Assembly: GCA_947085205.1 (NCBI GenBank)
Contig: CAMTVO010000023.1
Span: 1-27,941, forward strand
Reading direction: 5' to 3'
Length of the DNA stretch: 27,941 nucleotides
Source of the DNA: an uncultured Nitrospiraceae bacterium
Lineage (GTDB): Bacteria; Nitrospirota; Thermodesulfovibrionia; Thermodesulfovibrionales; Dissulfurispiraceae
The notes beneath the pieces were generated by a model. The model ran no database searches. It was not told the DNA's origin and worked only from the letters and a program-made list of their open reading frames with translations. The translations under genes were made by a program, and so were the position numbers. Every line of letters starts with the position of its first letter. Position 1 is the stretch's first letter. Positions 26,597 through 27,941 of this stretch are shown one piece after another.

Positions 26597-27941
26597 CGTC
26601 TCTGTTTATTTGCCTTGCTCTTTGCGCTATGGCTCTCTGCCCTTTGCTCTTTACAAGCTCCCTTATCTTCTCAACCATATACCCAATCATTCCATCACTT
26701 ATCCCCGGATAAACTCCTATCCAGAAGGTATCACGCATTATTCTATCAGTATTACTCAACTCTCCTACAATTTTAAAACCTTCACTACTTTTCCTCATCT
26801 CATCAAAACACGGATGCTTGATTAAATTTCCTGCAAAGAGCATCCTTGTTTGTATCCCTTTTGATTCAAGATGATTGACTATCTCATCCCTTGTAAATCC
26901 CGCATCTTCTCTTACTGTGAGCAAAAATCCAAACCAGCTCGGGTCAGAATTTGGCGTTGGTTCAGGTAGGATAAATTTATCAGATAGGTCTGCTAATCCG
27001 TCTCTAAGAAGCTGCCAGTTTCTCTTCCTCGCCTGAATAAAAGCCGGTAGTTTTTCAAGTTGAGCACACCCGATAGCGGCCTGCATATCTGTGATTTTAA
27101 GGTTATATCCGAAATGCGAGTAAATATATTTATGGTCATAACCATAAGGCAGTTCTCCAAGTTGCCAGCCAAAACGTTTTCCACAGGTATTGTCCTTACC
27201 TGAGGGACACCAACAATACCTTCCCCAATCCCTGAGTGAATCCACTATTTGCTTAAGTTGAGGGTTATTTGTATAAACTGCACCCCCTTCACCCATTGTT
27301 ATATGGTGAGGGGGATAAAAACTGGAAGTGCTTATATCTCCAAATGTACCAGTATATTTCCATTCCCCATTATAAAAATATCTTGAACCGAGAGAATCAC
27401 AATTATCTTCTATTAGCCATAGATTATGCTTATCACAGAATTCTTTAATTGTTTTTAGGTCAAATGGATTTCCAAGTGTATGGGCAAGCATTATCGCTTT
27501 TGTCCTTTCAGAAAGGGCGGTTTCCAGTAAGCTGCAATCTATATTGTATGTTGGAAGTGCTATATCAACAAAAACAGGAATTGCTCCGTATTGAATTATG
27601 GGAGCTATTGTTGTAGGAAAACATGCTGCAACTGTTATAACTTCATCTCCTCTTTTTATTCTTCTTTCTCCAAGTTGTGGCGATGTTAAAGCCATAAAAG
27701 CTAATAAGTTCGCTGATGAACCTGAATTTACCAGAGAGCAGTGCTTGACCCCAAGAAATTCCGCAAAATCCTTCTCAAACTTTTCCGCATACCTGCCAGA
27801 TGTAAGCCAAAAATCAAGGGCACTATCTACTAAATTTATTATCTCTTTTTCGTCAAAAACCCTGCCGGCGTAATTGATTTTATCCTCTATAGGAACAAAC
27901 TCCTTGATCTGAGGGGGTTTGTGAACTGTCTTATAAAATGC
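26586..27941 (-). CDS. rfbH: CDP-4-keto-6-deoxy-D-glucose 3-dehydrase (E1, DdhC/RfbH), 5' end outside the window
   Basis: The frame is open to the window edge (...[30 protein letters not shown]...[18 protein letters not shown]). [14 protein letters not shown] has His in place of the aminotransferase Lys. CWC..C and YDHKY are candidate [2Fe-2S] ligands. Confidence 0.95.
   Translation of the reverse strand, partial: AFYKTVHKPPQIKEFVPIEDKINYAGRVFDEKEIINLVDSALDFWLTSGRYAEKFEKDFAEFLGVKHCSLVNSGSSANLLAFMALTSPQLGERRIKRGDEVITVAACFPTTIAPIIQYGAIPVFVDIALPTYNIDCSLLETALSERTKAIMLAHTLGNPFDLKTIKEFCDKHNLWLIEDNCDSLGSRYFYNGEWKYTGTFGDISTSSFYPPHHITMGEGGAVYTNNPQLKQIVDSLRDWGRYCWCPSGKDNTCGKRFGWQLGELPYGYDHKYIYSHFGYNLKITDMQAAIGCAQLEKLPAFIQARKRNWQLLRDGLADLSDKFILPEPTPNSDPSWFGFLLTVREDAGFTRDEIVNHLESKGIQTRMLFAGNLIKHPCFDEMRKSSEGFKIVGELSNTDRIMRDTFWIGVYPGISDGMIGYMVEKIRELVKSKGQRAIAQRARQINRDDEI
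26615..26650. repeat. Five tandem ~7-bp repeats (AGVGCAN on -) upstream of the four-helix-bundle gene, inside the rfbH 3' end
   Basis: Minus strand AGAGCAA-AGGGCAG-AGAGCCAT-AGCGCAA-AGAGCAA (one 8-nt unit). Confidence 0.75.

Noticed and set aside
1744..27873. Numerous plus-strand ORFs and short nested minus-strand ORFs in the ORF track
   Set aside because: Antisense or alternative-frame shadows of well-supported minus-strand genes, with no recognisable motifs.
25370..27941. Pathway incomplete because rfbG/ddhB and the E3 reductase ddhD are absent
   Set aside because: The operon continues beyond the right edge, so absence from the window is uninformative.

Overview
The window is almost entirely one minus-strand surface-polysaccharide (O-antigen/LPS- or capsule-type, Wzx/Wzy) biosynthesis locus, read from the right edge leftwards. 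Gene order: rfbH/ddhC (5' end outside the window), four-helix-bundle gene, rfbF/ddhA, split transketolase (N and C halves), SDR epimerase/reductase, wzx flippase, B12-binding radical SAM #1, RfbV-like GT2, class I methyltransferase, Wzy-like polymerase, two CgeB-like glycosyltransferases, GT2, RmlC/AscE-like epimerase, RfbJ-like reductase, GT4, DUF362 protein, wecB, two SDR epimerases, WbuB-like GT4, B12-binding radical SAM #2 and a WbpV-like SDR. The left 1.1 kb is a decayed zone of nested palindromic repeats, glycosyltransferase fragments, an intact antitoxin and an internally deleted vapC toxin. Three things are not visible in the ORF track. (1) The four-helix-bundle gene is bracketed by oppositely oriented 7-bp tandem repeats, has a 1-nt frameshift near its end, and a solo copy of the heptamer lies at about 4964. 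(2) Nearly every long spacer is a scar holding the start and/or end of a lost gene (second rfbF, second wecB, DHH-like, FAD oxidoreductase-like, SDR, GT2, vapC), often still overlapping the next start codon. (3) The enzyme set (CDP-3,6-dideoxyhexose pathway, ThDP transketolase pair, two cobalamin radical SAMs, DUF362, methyltransferase) points to a branched or methylated sugar that I cannot match to a characterised pathway. All calls come from reading motifs by eye. No database search was run, and the host taxon cannot be established from this window.
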